Part shown: in pieces, positions 20,315 through 30,364 of the stretch
Position numbering within the stretch: the first letter of the stretch is position 1
Layout: the number at the start of each line of letters is the position of its first letter
Assembly: GCA_963760795.1 (NCBI GenBank)
Contig: CAVXEP010000011.1
Location: forward strand, 1 to 64,000
Source of the DNA: an uncultured delta proteobacterium
Lineage (GTDB): Bacteria > Desulfobacterota > Binatia > UBA9968
DNA length: 64,000 nt
Reading direction: 5' to 3'
Notes under the pieces: model-generated
The model's database searches: none
Told to the model about the DNA's origin: nothing
What the model saw: only the letters and a program-made list of their open reading frames with translations
Program-made: the position numbers and the translations under genes

Positions 20315-20392
20315 ACCACGAAGACACGAAGGACACGAAGGTTTCGGAAAAATATTATTCCCAACTTCGTGTCTCTTCGTGTCTTCGTGGTG
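20315..20392. repeat. Inverted CACGAAG arms around a TTCGGA-N10-TCCCAA core
   Basis: ACCACGAAGACACGAAGGACACGAAG-GT-TTCGGA-AAAATATTAT-TCCCAA-CTTCGTGTCTCTTCGTGTCTTCGTGGT. Confidence 0.85.
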
Positions 20393-20401
20393 AATGGGAT
20401 T

Positions 20402-21511
20402 TTACCGCGATCGTTCGCGCACGGCGCTGATCAGGCAGCCGTAAAGAACCAGCGGCAAAGCGGTGGTCAGGATCATCGCCAGAACGATGTCGCCGGTGGC
20501 GGCGATAATTTGGGCGGCGATCAGCGGCGCGACGACGCCGGCGAAGTAGTGAAGCGCCATGATGATGCCGCTGGCGGTGCCGGCGTTGCCCGGCGGCGCG
20601 GCTTCTTGGGCGAGGGCGACGACCAACGCCGGCACGGAAGCTTTGATGACGCCGAAGACGGCGATGCCGAGGGCGAGAGACAGCGGTGATTGAAGCCAGT
20701 AGAACAAAACAAAGGCCGCCGCCGCTGCGGGAAAGGCGCTCAGCGCAATGATGCGCCGGCGGCCGAACATGTCGGACAGATTGCCGAGAGTAAATGAGCC
20801 GATCATGTTGGCGACGCTCAGGATGCCCATGATCCAGCCAGTTTCTTGAAGACTGAGATGCTTGGCGCTGCGCAGGAGCGTCGGTGTCCACGCCGCCGAA
20901 GCCCAGAACACCGAGCCGCCGATAAATTCCGCGAGCGCGAGAATTAAAATCGAAAACGACAGGGCAGCGCGGAAGGAGCCTGATTGCGCTGCCGTGCGTC
21001 TCGGATGCGTGTCGCGTATCCAACAAAGCTGCAACAGCATGTCGGCGGCGGCGATGATGCCGACGGTGATAAACGCAGCGCGCCAACCGAAGGCGGCAGT
21101 GATCCGGCTCGCCAACACGGCGCCGATAGCGCCGCCGATGCCATAGGTGACAGAGACCAGGCTTGCGCCCAAGCCGCGCCGGTTGGGCAAGAGGTCGGAC
21201 ATGATGGCGTAAAGCGACGGCGGCGTGAAGCCGTAGCCGACGCCGGTGACGGCGAGGAGCAGGAAGAACAACAGCGAATGATCGGTGATGCCCGCGCCGC
21301 CGAAGCCCAACGCGAGTAAGCTGAGTCCGGTTATCAACACGGTCTTGCGGCCGATTCGATCCGCCAGGCGGCCAGCGATGGCGCTGGTGACGGCGGCGAT
21401 GAGCATCATGACAGAGAATAAACTGCCGGCTTGAAGTTCGCTTAGTAAAAATGTCTGGCGGATCTCCGGCAAGGCGATGCCCAGAGTCGCCACCATCATG
21501 GACGGCATCAA
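20402..21511 (-). CDS. MFS transporter (start uncertain)
   Basis: GRLADRIGRK and GNLSDMFGRR (motif A copies); many TM segments. Confidence 0.88.
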   Translation of the reverse strand: MMPSMMVATLGIALPEIRQTFLLSELQAGSLFSVMMLIAAVTSAIAGRLADRIGRKTVLITGLSLLALGFGGAGITDHSLLFFLLLAVTGVGYGFTPPSLYAIMSDLLPNRRGLGASLVSVTYGIGGAIGAVLASRITAAFGWRAAFITVGIIAAADMLLQLCWIRDTHPRRTAAQSGSFRAALSFSILILALAEFIGGSVFWASAAWTPTLLRSAKHLSLQETGWIMGILSVANMIGSFTLGNLSDMFGRRRIIALSAFPAAAAAFVLFYWLQSPLSLALGIAVFGVIKASVPALVVALAQEAAPPGNAGTASGIIMALHYFAGVVAPLIAAQIIAATGDIVLAMILTTALPLVLYGCLISAVRERSR

Positions 21512-21586
21512 GTTCGAGCAGGGAACGATGGCGGCGGAGAGGCGATCCCGTCCGAGCGACGATGGTTGCGGGTCGATGAACGTATC

Positions 21587-21934
21587 CTATTTCAACGGGA
21601 TGAAAACATAGTGGCGCGGTTGGTCGCCGACGACGCGGGTCATATGGCCGTGCCCCGTGGTGTCGTCGGCGAGCATGACATCGCCCGGGCCGAAGCGGCG
21701 AATGGTGCCGTCGCCGGTCTCGATCTCGACTTGACCGGATAGAGTGATGACATACTGTCGTCTCGGCACGCAGTGATAGCTGCTCCGATGGCTCGGTGGC
21801 GCCGAACGGAACATGACGCCATGGGCCGGCTGCAATGCGGAAACCAGGTCGACGCCTTGGGGATTCATCTCGACTTCGATGTCTTCGAAGTGCGATTCGT
21901 TATCGGCGCCGGTGTAAAGTCGGACGATCTTCAT
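21587..21934 (-). CDS. Small cupin-like protein
   Basis: MKIVRLYTGADNESHFEDIE...HCVPRRQYVITLSG...DDTTGHGH. Confidence 0.75.
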   Translation of the reverse strand: MKIVRLYTGADNESHFEDIEVEMNPQGVDLVSALQPAHGVMFRSAPPSHRSSYHCVPRRQYVITLSGQVEIETGDGTIRRFGPGDVMLADDTTGHGHMTRVVGDQPRHYVFIPLK

Positions 21935-21982
21935 CTGCCGGTTTGTAGGAGAATAAGTCCCGAAATGCAAGGAGAAGATTTT

Positions 21983-22132
21983 AACCACAAAGGGCACAAA
22001 GCAGGAAGAAATTCGGACGGAAGATTGGCCGCATAGAACGCAAAGTACACAAAAAAGAATCGGGAATTGTCGGGGCGAGTTTTAAACCCGCGCTCTTGCT
22101 TCTTATCTTCGCGTCCTCGTGTCTTCGTGGTG
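21983..22132 (+). repeat. Composite intergenic element (CACAAAG arm, TTCGGA, GCCGC arm, REP, CACGAAG right arm)
   Basis: Same module order as 37660-37781 and 60321-60515. Confidence 0.8.
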
Positions 22133-22229
22133 AGCCATTCTCCTGGTCTTTGCTGTCATCAATGAAATGGCCTATAAACGGTGCCAACGCGGACAGATAT
22201 TTCCGCATCGAGACTAGAGGAGAATTTCC

Positions 22230-23652
22230 ATGAGCGAAGAAATTTTAAATCAGTTGGCCGCCGACATGAACAAATTGCTCACCGAGCCGGCGGGCAGCCG
22301 CAGGGTCAAGATCACCGACTCTGACGCCGCGCGACGGCCAGCAGTGCAAACTCGCCACGCGCGTCACCACCGACGATCTCTTGCCGCTCTGCGCGTCCAT
22401 TGACAACTGCGGTTTTTACGCCGTCGAAGTCTGGGGCGGCGCGACCTTCGACGTCTGCATGCGTTATTTAAACGAAGATCCGTGGGAACGGCTGCGGCGC
22501 ATCAAAGCCGTCATGCCCAAGACCAAGCTGCAAATGCTTTTGCGCGGCCAACATATACTCGCCTACCGGCCGTACACCGATAAGATCGTCTACAAGTTCG
22601 TCGAGCGCGCGGTGGCCAACGGCATCAATGTGTTTCGCGTGTTCGAGGCGACCAACGACTTTCGCAACATCGAGACGGCGACCAAGGCGGTCAAAGAGTT
22701 CGGCGGTGAAGCTCATGTGGAAGTAAATTACACCGTCAGCCCGGTGCACACGCTGGAAAAATGGCTGGAGTATGCCGAGCAGTTGATCGACGTCGGCGCC
22801 GATTGGCTGTCGCTCAAAGATGCCACCGGAATCCTGACGCCGTTCAACGCCTATCGAATCATCAAGGGCATCAAGGACCGGTCCAAGGGCAAATTGCCGG
22901 TGTTGCTGCATTGCCACGACATGGGCGGGACGTCGAGCATGTGCCATCTGATGGCGGTGCTCGCCGGCGTTGACATGATCGACACGGTGCTGTCGCCGTT
23001 GTCGTTCGGTTCCGCGCACCCGGCCACCGAGACCATGGTTGCGTCCTTGGCCGGCACGCCGTTCGATACCGGCATCGATTTGAAAATTCTCGAAGAGCCG
23101 TCGTTGATCACGCGTCAGATCAAAGAGAAATACGAAAAATACGAGACCGGTTACACCGGCGTCAGCGCCGAAGTATTCATCCACAAAGTTCCGGGCGGCA
23201 TGATCTCCAACATGGTGGCGCAGCTGAAGGAAGCCAAGCGCATGGACTTGATGGACGCAGCGTTGAAAGAAACCCCGAGTGTGGAAAAAGATTTGGGCCA
23301 TCCGCCGCTGCTGACGCCGACCAGCCAGATCGTCGGCGTGCAGGCGGTGCTCAACGTCCTCACTGGCGAGCGCTACAAGATCGTGACAAAAGAGACCCAA
23401 GACTATGTGAAGGGTAAATACGGCCGGCCGCCAGGCACGGTGAGTCCGGATTTGATCAAGAAAATCATGAAGGACAAACAGCCCGACTACTCGATCCGCT
23501 CGGGCGAAATGGCCGATCCAGCGGATTGGGACAAGGCGATCGAAGCTCTCGGGCCGCTGGCAAAGGGCGAAGAGGATTTGCTCTTGGGCGTGCTGTTCCC
23601 GATGCAGGCGAAGGAGTTTTTGACCAAGCGAGAAAACGGAATACAGAATTAG
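22230..23652 (+). CDS. Stand-alone carboxyltransferase (pyruvate carboxylase B / oxaloacetate decarboxylase alpha / transcarboxylase 5S-like), no biotinyl domain; frameshift at ~22320
   Basis: ITD|LTPRDGQQCKLATR, EVWGGATFD, EDPWERL, LHCHD, VPGGMISN, LTPTSQIVG; GAGGAG RBS. Confidence 0.87.
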
Positions 23653-23755
23653 CCGCATAGAACTCAATGAAAGTCGAGGATGGATGATCGAGGATAGAGG
23701 ATAGATAATCAACGCGTAGGTTCTCTTGTCCATTCTCCATCCTCTATCATCGACC
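23651..23755. repeat. GCCGC arm remnant plus inverted GAGGAT/ATCCTC arms
   Basis: CGAGGATGGATGATCGAGGATAGAGGATAG ... CCATCCTCTATCATCGACC. Confidence 0.75.
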
Positions 23756-23765
23756 TTATCCAGCA

Positions 23766-24665
23766 ATGCCGGAGCTTCCTGACATTACCATCTACATTGA
23801 GGCGTTGGAGTCACGATTACTAAATCAGCCTCTGGAGAAAATTCGACTGGCCAGCCCGTTTCTCTTGCGCACCTTCGAGCCGCCAATTGGTTCTGCCGAA
23901 GGTAAAAAAATCGTCGGATTCCAGCGCATCGGCAAGCGCATCGTTATCGAACTCGAAGGCGAGCTCTTCCTGGTTTTCCATCTAATGATCACCGGCAGGT
24001 TCCACTGGAAAAAGCGCGGCATCGCCGTGCCGCGCAAGTACGGCCACGCAGCTTTCGATTTTCCCATGGCGACTTTGTTGCTCACGGAGATGGGGACCAA
24101 GAAGCGGGCTTCGCTGCATCTGGTCCAGGGCCGAGAGCATCTCCAAGAACATGATCCCGGGGGCCTGGAGATTTTCGCTGCCAATCTGGCGTCTTTTCGC
24201 GCCGCGCTGACGCGCGAGAATCATACGCTGAAACGAACCTTGACCGATCCCCATGTGTTCAGCGGCATCGGCAATGCTTATTCGGATGAAATCCTGCACC
24301 GCGCCAAGCTGTCGCCGGTCAAACAGATTAAGCTATTGAGCGAAGAGGAAACCGAAAGGTTGTTCCATGCGACGCGTGACTGCATGGCGGAATGGATCGA
24401 GCGTCTACGCAAAGATACCGGCAAGAATTTCCCCGAGCGGGTGACTGCCTTCCGCGACGATATGGCGGTTCACGGCAAGTATCGCAAACCCTGTCCGGTG
24501 TGCGGCGCGCCGGTGCAGCGCATTGTCTACGCGGAGAACGAGACCAACTACTGCGCCAAGTGCCAGACCGGCGGCAAGTTGCTCGCCGACAGAAGCCTGT
24601 CGCGTCTGCTCAAAGATGATTGGCCGCGCACCTTGGAGGAGATGGAGGATGGGAGACGTTCCTAG
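23766..24665 (+). CDS. Fpg/Nei-family DNA glycosylase
   Basis: N-terminal [25 protein letters not shown] and zinc finger CPVC...CAKCQ. Confidence 0.92.
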   Translation: MPELPDITIYIEALESRLLNQPLEKIRLASPFLLRTFEPPIGSAEGKKIVGFQRIGKRIVIELEGELFLVFHLMITGRFHWKKRGIAVPRKYGHAAFDFPMATLLLTEMGTKKRASLHLVQGREHLQEHDPGGLEIFAANLASFRAALTRENHTLKRTLTDPHVFSGIGNAYSDEILHRAKLSPVKQIKLLSEEETERLFHATRDCMAEWIERLRKDTGKNFPERVTAFRDDMAVHGKYRKPCPVCGAPVQRIVYAENETNYCAKCQTGGKLLADRSLSRLLKDDWPRTLEEMEDGRRS

Positions 24666-24798
24666 ATTATGAGCGATTGCGTCCTGTTGCCCTAACTCGC
24701 CAATGTTGTATCTTTTCGCCTGTGTTTACCCACTGCGCGGGTGTTAGTTGTCTTCATCCAAGCGCGGATCTTTGAACGTAACGAATGGAGTCCGGCAC

Positions 24799-26508
24799 TT
24801 GCCACACAACGTTGCCCTGATTACGACGCTCGTTGCCGCGCTTGGCGCGGCATTGGCTTTTGGCTTTTTGGCCGCGCGGCTCAAGCTGCCGGTTCTGGTC
24901 GGCTACCTCGCTGCCGGCATTGTCATTGGTCCATTTACACCCGGCTTTGTCGCGGACGCCGAACTTTCGGCCCAGTTTGCCGAAATTGGCGTCATGCTGC
25001 TTATGTTCGGTGTGGGACTGCATTTCTCCATTGACGAGCTGCTGGCGGTTCGCAAGATTGCCATACCCGGAGCGATCGTGCAGATCACCGTCGCGACACT
25101 GCTTGGACTTGCTCTTAGCAATCTTTGGGGTTGGAAGCTCGCCGAGGGGCTCGTGTTCGGACTGACATTATCGGTCGCGAGTACGGTTGTGCTCCTCAGA
25201 GCCTTGGAAAGCCGGGGTATTCTAGAAACGGTCAACGGGCACATTGCGGTCGGTTGGTTGATCGTCGAGGATTTGGTCACGGTGCTGGTTTTGGTTTTGA
25301 TGCCGCCCCTTTCTTTGTGGCTCGGCGGTTCCGGGGGCGGTCAAGTTACCGGTCAAGACTTGTTCATCGCCGTTGCGTTGACCTTGGGCAAGGTCGCGCT
25401 CTTTGTCGGCTTTATGGTGATTGGCGGGCGACGTTTTGTTCCCTGGATTGCCTGGCATATCGCGCGTGTTGGACCGCGCGAACTTTTCACCTTGTGCGTC
25501 ATTGCCATCGCGATGGGGATCGCTTACGGCGCCGCCGAACTCTTCGGGGTCTCGTTCGCCCTCGGCGCATTCTTCGCGGGAATGGTCATGCGGGAGTCGC
25601 CATTGAGTCACCGGGCTGCGGAGGAGTCGTTGCCATTCAGAGACTCTTTTTCGGTTTTGTTTTTCGTTTCGGTCGGCATGCTCTTTGATCCGCAGGTCCT
25701 GCTTCACGAACCGCTGCGTATTGTGGCGGTCGTGGCGATTATAGTTATAGGCAAATCGCTCGCCGCTTTTGTTTTGGTCTTGCTCTTCGGTTATCCGCTC
25801 AATACCGCTCTAACGGTCTCCGCAGGTCTAGCTCAGATCGGCGAGTTTTCTTTTATCCTTGCTGGATTGGGGCTGTCCCTGGGCATTCTGCCGGAAGAAG
25901 CTAGAAGTCTAATTCTCGCCGGAGCGATTATTTCGATCGCCGTCAATCCGTTGGTCTTCCACGCGATCGAGCCTTTACAGGTATGGATTCGGGCAAAATC
26001 TAAACGCGCCCAACTCTTCGAACGTTCCGAGGATCCGCTCGCGACATTACCGATGAGCGTCGATCTGAATCGACTCTCCGGCCATGTCGTTATCGTCGGT
26101 TTTGGCAGAGTGGGGCGACGCATCGGGGCTGCGCTCGCCGCGCAGGGGATTTCGTTTGTGCTCGCTGAGGAAAATCGTGAAATTATCCAGGCGGCCAGAG
26201 AGCAAGGAATCGCAGCCGTATCGGGAGATGCGACCGAACCGATGGTGCTGGTCCAGGCGCACATCCACCGCGCGCGCTTACTGGTCATCGCCACGCCCGA
26301 CAGCTTGAACGTTCGCCGCATGATCGAGATCGCCCGCACCGTCAACCCGCGCATCGAGACCGTGGTGCGCACCCATAGCGAGCAAGAGGCGGAGCTGCTG
26401 GAGAAGGAAGGCGCGGGCAAAATTTTCCTCGGCGAACATGAACTGGCCAGCAGCATGAGCCAATACGTGCTCGGCCGCTATGCGGTTAAAGTCGAGCAGG
26501 CAGGCTAG
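24799..26508 (+). CDS. ybaL: CPA2 cation:proton antiporter with TrkA-N domain (YbaL/RosB-like)
   Basis: PHNVALITTL, GYLAAGIVIGPFTPGFVAD, WLIVEDL, GHVVIVGFGRVG. Confidence 0.88.
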   Translation: MPHNVALITTLVAALGAALAFGFLAARLKLPVLVGYLAAGIVIGPFTPGFVADAELSAQFAEIGVMLLMFGVGLHFSIDELLAVRKIAIPGAIVQITVATLLGLALSNLWGWKLAEGLVFGLTLSVASTVVLLRALESRGILETVNGHIAVGWLIVEDLVTVLVLVLMPPLSLWLGGSGGGQVTGQDLFIAVALTLGKVALFVGFMVIGGRRFVPWIAWHIARVGPRELFTLCVIAIAMGIAYGAAELFGVSFALGAFFAGMVMRESPLSHRAAEESLPFRDSFSVLFFVSVGMLFDPQVLLHEPLRIVAVVAIIVIGKSLAAFVLVLLFGYPLNTALTVSAGLAQIGEFSFILAGLGLSLGILPEEARSLILAGAIISIAVNPLVFHAIEPLQVWIRAKSKRAQLFERSEDPLATLPMSVDLNRLSGHVVIVGFGRVGRRIGAALAAQGISFVLAEENREIIQAAREQGIAAVSGDATEPMVLVQAHIHRARLLVIATPDSLNVRRMIEIARTVNPRIETVVRTHSEQEAELLEKEGAGKIFLGEHELASSMSQYVLGRYAVKVEQAG

Positions 26509-26602
26509 AGGGCACGCTTGGTTTTGCGACTAGAGGCGATTAGTAATGGTGTTTCAGAATGCCACGGCAAAAATTTCAGGTTAGATTGCCGCGGACTTCA
26601 CG

Positions 26603-27196
26603 CTAGCAGGACATCGGCAAAAATTTAGGCTGCTCGGTTACGCGCCCTATCCAGCCGCGAATCTTTGGAAAATCACTCAGTGGAAAGCCGCCTTCATCCG
26701 CGACATGAGTATAGGCGAACAGCGCGATGTCGGCGATGGAATAGTCGCCGACGAAGAAGTCGTTCTTTGCCAGATGGTCTTCCATGATTTTGAGCGCGGC
26801 CCAGCCGCCGTCGCGTTTGGCTGCTAGCAACGCGGCGCGCTCGGCAGTGTCGGGTTTGTGCTGGAGCCAGAAGCGCGAAGTGGCGATAAACGGCTCGTGG
26901 CTGTATTGCTCGAAGAACATCCACTGAAATACCTGGCCGAATCTCTTGCGATCGTCGGGGAGATATTTCGTGCCGCGGGCGAGGTAGGCGAGGATGGCGT
27001 TGGATTCGGCCAGGATGAATCCATTGTCGTCGAGCACCGGTGTGCGGCCGTTGGGATTGATCTTGAGAAACTCAGGGGTGCGGCTTTCGCCTCTTAATAT
27101 ATCGACTTCGACGATCTCGCAGGGAATTCCCAACTGCGCGAGCAGCAGGCGGACTTTGTAGGAGTTGCCCGAGTAGGCGACGTTGTATAACTTCAT
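26603..27196 (-). CDS. Glutathione S-transferase family protein
   Basis: SGNSYKVRL, NPNGRTPVL, ESNAIL, WMFFEQYSHEP, SIADIAL. Confidence 0.93.
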   Translation of the reverse strand: MKLYNVAYSGNSYKVRLLLAQLGIPCEIVEVDILRGESRTPEFLKINPNGRTPVLDDNGFILAESNAILAYLARGTKYLPDDRKRFGQVFQWMFFEQYSHEPFIATSRFWLQHKPDTAERAALLAAKRDGGWAALKIMEDHLAKNDFFVGDYSIADIALFAYTHVADEGGFPLSDFPKIRGWIGRVTEQPKFLPMSC

Positions 27197-27207
27197 CAAA
27201 TACTTCT

Positions 27208-27313
27208 GTTCAAGGGTTCAAGGTTCAAAGGTTCAACGTCAGAGGCTCGCTGCCACAAAATGACTACGCTCTGTTGTTGTCCGATTGAACCTTGAACTTT
27301 CGAACCTTTGAAC
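27208..27313. repeat. Inverted GTTCAA/TTGAAC arms with TCAGA...TCCGA inner boundaries
   Basis: Four GTTCAA on the left and four TTGAAC-like units on the right. Confidence 0.85.
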
Positions 27314-27327
27314 GGTTTAAGCTTCGC

Positions 27328-28464
27328 TTAAACCTGACTTTCCAGTATTTCCAGTCCGTCATAGCGATCGATCAAATACAGCTTGCCGTCCTTGTCGTGG
27401 AAAACATCGTTGCTCATGACGACGCTCTGGTCTTTGCCCGGGTTGGGGACGTAGCAGCCAACTTCCTTGGGTTGGTACGGATTGGAAAAATCCACGGCGC
27501 GCAGGCCGCCGGCGAACCAGGTGACGTAGAGCGTGTTGCCGTAGACTTGCTCGGCCGGCTGGTGCGCGCCGAAGCGGTTCTTCGGTGTCGATTTTCCTTC
27601 GAAGGGGACGATGAACGTGGCGACGGGCAGCGGCAAATCCTCTTTGGTGATGTCGACCACCCAGAGAAAGGCGTTGTGGGTTTCGTTCAACTTTTCGCCG
27701 ACCTCCTCGTCGGTGACGATGAGCCAGTCGCGTTCCATGATTTTGTTCAACAACGGCAGAGTCGTGTGGGTTGGGCAGGGATAGGGCGGGCTCCAGTCGA
27801 GCATGCTGACGGTTCTCGGCGTGGTTAAATTGGATATATCGACGATGGCGAAGCCGCCATGCCAGTAGCTGATGTAGAGGCGATCGCCGCGGCGGATGGG
27901 GTGATGGCAGCGGGTGTCGGCGCCTTTGAAATTCGGCGTCTCGCCGCCGGCGACCCATTGTCCGGGCATCCACCAACGCATGGCTTCTTCCGGCTGCTCG
28001 GGATTCTTCATGTCGAGCATCATGGCGATATTACCTTGGTAGCCGTCCACCGTCGGCGAGATGTAGGCGTAGCGGCCGTCGTAGGTGAAACGGTGCACGC
28101 CCTTGCCCGGCGTCTTGTACATGGCGATCTCACGGGGTTTCGACTTATTCGATATGTCGAATATCTTGAGGCCCGATTGCAGCTCGTGCTTGGCCTTGTA
28201 GCGCTCGTAGTTGACCAGCATGATGTCGCCGCTGACGCGCACTTTGTGAGAGTGCAATCCCTCGGGGATTTCAATGTGCGCGACGATCTTGGGATTCTTG
28301 GGATCTTTGACGTCGATGATCGAGGTGCCATGCGGCGGGTCCATGTGGCCGACGTAGGCGTAGCCGTTTTCGACCACCACCGAGCCGCCGCCGGGTAAAT
28401 CCATGCGGCCGATCTGTTTGATGTTCTTGCTGATGCCGACTGGGGCGCTGATGTCCGATGCCAT
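27328..28464 (-). CDS. LVIVD-repeat beta-propeller protein
   Basis: Repeats of YAY...IIDVKDPKNP, IFDISNKSKP, IVDISNLTTP, AVDFSNPYQP. Confidence 0.85.
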   Translation of the reverse strand: MASDISAPVGISKNIKQIGRMDLPGGGSVVVENGYAYVGHMDPPHGTSIIDVKDPKNPKIVAHIEIPEGLHSHKVRVSGDIMLVNYERYKAKHELQSGLKIFDISNKSKPREIAMYKTPGKGVHRFTYDGRYAYISPTVDGYQGNIAMMLDMKNPEQPEEAMRWWMPGQWVAGGETPNFKGADTRCHHPIRRGDRLYISYWHGGFAIVDISNLTTPRTVSMLDWSPPYPCPTHTTLPLLNKIMERDWLIVTDEEVGEKLNETHNAFLWVVDITKEDLPLPVATFIVPFEGKSTPKNRFGAHQPAEQVYGNTLYVTWFAGGLRAVDFSNPYQPKEVGCYVPNPGKDQSVVMSNDVFHDKDGKLYLIDRYDGLEILESQV

Positions 28465-28500
28465 AGGTGACTCCTTAGTTAGTCGATCAAATTTCTATCT

Positions 28501-28578
28501 CACCACGAAGGCACGAAGGACACGAAGGGTTCGGATAGATATTATTCCGAACTTCGCGCTCTTCGTGCCTTCATGGTG
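28501..28578. repeat. Inverted CACGAAG arms around a TTCGGA-N10-TCCGAA core
   Basis: CACCACGAAGGCACGAAGGACACGAAG-GG-TTCGGA-TAGATATTAT-TCCGAA-CTTCGCGCTCTTCGTGCCTTCATGGTG. Confidence 0.88.
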
Positions 28579-28593
28579 AAAGATGTCTTCACA

Positions 28594-29232
28594 TCATTTC
28601 CCAGCCTTTTCGATCATCGCGATCACTTGCGCCGTCGTGCGCACGCGCGACATGCGCGGGAACACCAGTTCCATCAGCATGTCATGGGCGCGCTGGTCGT
28701 GGGATGTGCCGCAGGCGTCGCTGACGACGATGGAGTTATAGTCCAAGTCGCGGGCGGAATACAGAGTCGAGGTGACGCCGACGTCGGTCGAGCCGCCTGA
28801 CACGATTAGTGTGTCGATGCCGCGGCTGCGCAGGGCGAGATCAAGATAGGTCTGGTGAAACGCGCTCCAGCGATATTTGACGATGTAGTAATCGTCCGGC
28901 GCCGGCCCCAAGTCAGCGAGCACGTCGGAACTCTTGTCGCCGGCGATAACATGCATTTTGGTTTTGGTCACCTCGCCATTGGGCCAAGGGATCAACGAGT
29001 TATTGGTGTCGGTGGCGATAAGCGCGGTGGTGGCGTTGTCGGGCCGATGGTTGCCCTTGGCGAAGAATACCGGCAAGCCGGCGGCCCGGCCGGCTTTGCT
29101 GAGCCTGACGGCATTCTGTATCCACGGTTTCAGCACCCGCGGCTGTCCCGGCGCGGGCTCGGCAACGTAGCCGTTGAGTATGTCGAAAAAAAGCAAGGCG
29201 GTTTTCGTGAGATTGAAATCGCTGATGTTCAT
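28594..29232 (-). CDS. Isochorismatase/cysteine-hydrolase family protein lacking the catalytic Cys
   Basis: KTALLFFDILN, KYRWSAF, GGSTDVGVTST, VVSDAC. Confidence 0.87.
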   Translation of the reverse strand: MNISDFNLTKTALLFFDILNGYVAEPAPGQPRVLKPWIQNAVRLSKAGRAAGLPVFFAKGNHRPDNATTALIATDTNNSLIPWPNGEVTKTKMHVIAGDKSSDVLADLGPAPDDYYIVKYRWSAFHQTYLDLALRSRGIDTLIVSGGSTDVGVTSTLYSARDLDYNSIVVSDACGTSHDQRAHDMLMELVFPRMSRVRTTAQVIAMIEKAGK

Positions 29233-29374
29233 TTCTCGTCTTAGCTCCTCTTGGCGCTGGTAGTCAATTCAATTCGCTGCACTCTAGCGCGGCTTGTGGT
29301 TTCGGTCCAGTTGTCTAAATGTGTTCACCACAACAGGTGAAGCTACCCCTGAAGAGAATCGGCGCCCGAGAATT

Positions 29375-29469
29375 AGCCGCAAAGAACGCAAAATTCGCAA
29401 ACGGGTTGAGTATGAAATTATTGGAATTGTGGCCTTTGCGTTCATTGCGGCCAACCCTTCGAATCCGAA
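29375..29469. repeat. Inverted GCCGCAAAG arms followed by TTCGAA-TCCGAA
   Basis: AGCCGCAAAGAACGCAAAA ... CTTTGCGTTCATTGCGGCC. Confidence 0.8.
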
Positions 29470-29483
29470 TCTATTTCTGACAG

Positions 29484-30242
29484 CTATCTGATTTTGCTCC
29501 CCTGCTTTTCTTTTTCCTCGACGACTTTCCAGCCTTGGTTGGCGTACCACTCGATCTGGCGGAACATGCCGGTCAAGATTCTTACGTCCCTGTCTTCGAG
29601 GGCGGCACGGCCGAAGATGCGCCGGAAGGCGAGCAGCATATGTTCGGGATTCTCCACGTTCAAGAAGCCGATTTTGAGCAGCGAGTTACGCATGATGTCG
29701 AAGAGCCGCTCGATCGTCTCGGCTTCGGCACGTTGGATGGCGTCATCCGCCGTGGTCTCCAATGTGGCGATGTAGAACTCGTATAAGCAAACCACCGCGG
29801 CCTGGGCGACGTTGAGCGAACGGTAATCGGGATGAGACGGGATATCCACCAAAAGCTGGCAGTGCTCGAGGTCTTTATTGCTCAGACCGTGATCTTCGGG
29901 GCCGAAGATCAGCGCGACTTTGCCTTGCTTGGTGGCGGCGGCGACGATGGGCGCAACTTCGCGCGGCGCTTGGCTATGGGCGCGGTAGAGCCCCTCGCGG
30001 CAGGTGGTGCCGATCACCAGCGCGCAATCGGCGATGGCGGCGCGGATGGTTTCGTAAAACTTCGCTTCGCTGAGAACGTCGCGGCCGTGCACGGCCATCG
30101 CCTTGGCCCAGAAGCTCTGGGTGCGCGCGCTGCCGACGATGGCGAGTTCGCCGCCGCCGAAGTTTTTCATCGCGCGCGCCACCGAACCGATATTGCCCGA
30201 ACCGCGCGGCCGAACCATGATAATTCGGATGTTATTCAGCAT
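29484..30242 (-). CDS. trmJ: SPOUT RNA methyltransferase, TrmJ family
   Basis: GNIGSVARAMKNFG, ALIFGPEDHGL, SLNVAQA. Confidence 0.88.
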   Translation of the reverse strand: MLNNIRIIMVRPRGSGNIGSVARAMKNFGGGELAIVGSARTQSFWAKAMAVHGRDVLSEAKFYETIRAAIADCALVIGTTCREGLYRAHSQAPREVAPIVAAATKQGKVALIFGPEDHGLSNKDLEHCQLLVDIPSHPDYRSLNVAQAAVVCLYEFYIATLETTADDAIQRAEAETIERLFDIMRNSLLKIGFLNVENPEHMLLAFRRIFGRAALEDRDVRILTGMFRQIEWYANQGWKVVEEKEKQGSKIR

Positions 30243-30253
30243 GGAAAAAGCTT

Positions 30254-30315
30254 TTGGAACATTTGGCACGATTTGAACGTCTGGAAGCTATTCCATTTGA
30301 TTCCAAATGATTCAA
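30254..30315. repeat. Degenerate TTGAAC/GTTCAA-family arms
   Basis: TTGGAACATTTGGCACGATTTGAACGTCTGGAA ... TTCCA/TTCAA. Confidence 0.5.
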
Positions 30316-30364
30316 GGTGCCAATCGATCCAGGATCTTGCTGAACACGACTATCGCCGTGCGAG

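Noticed and set aside
22300-22340. Programmed ribosomal frameshifting at the broken genes
   Set aside because: No slippery heptamer; the shared single-base pattern fits sequencing error better.
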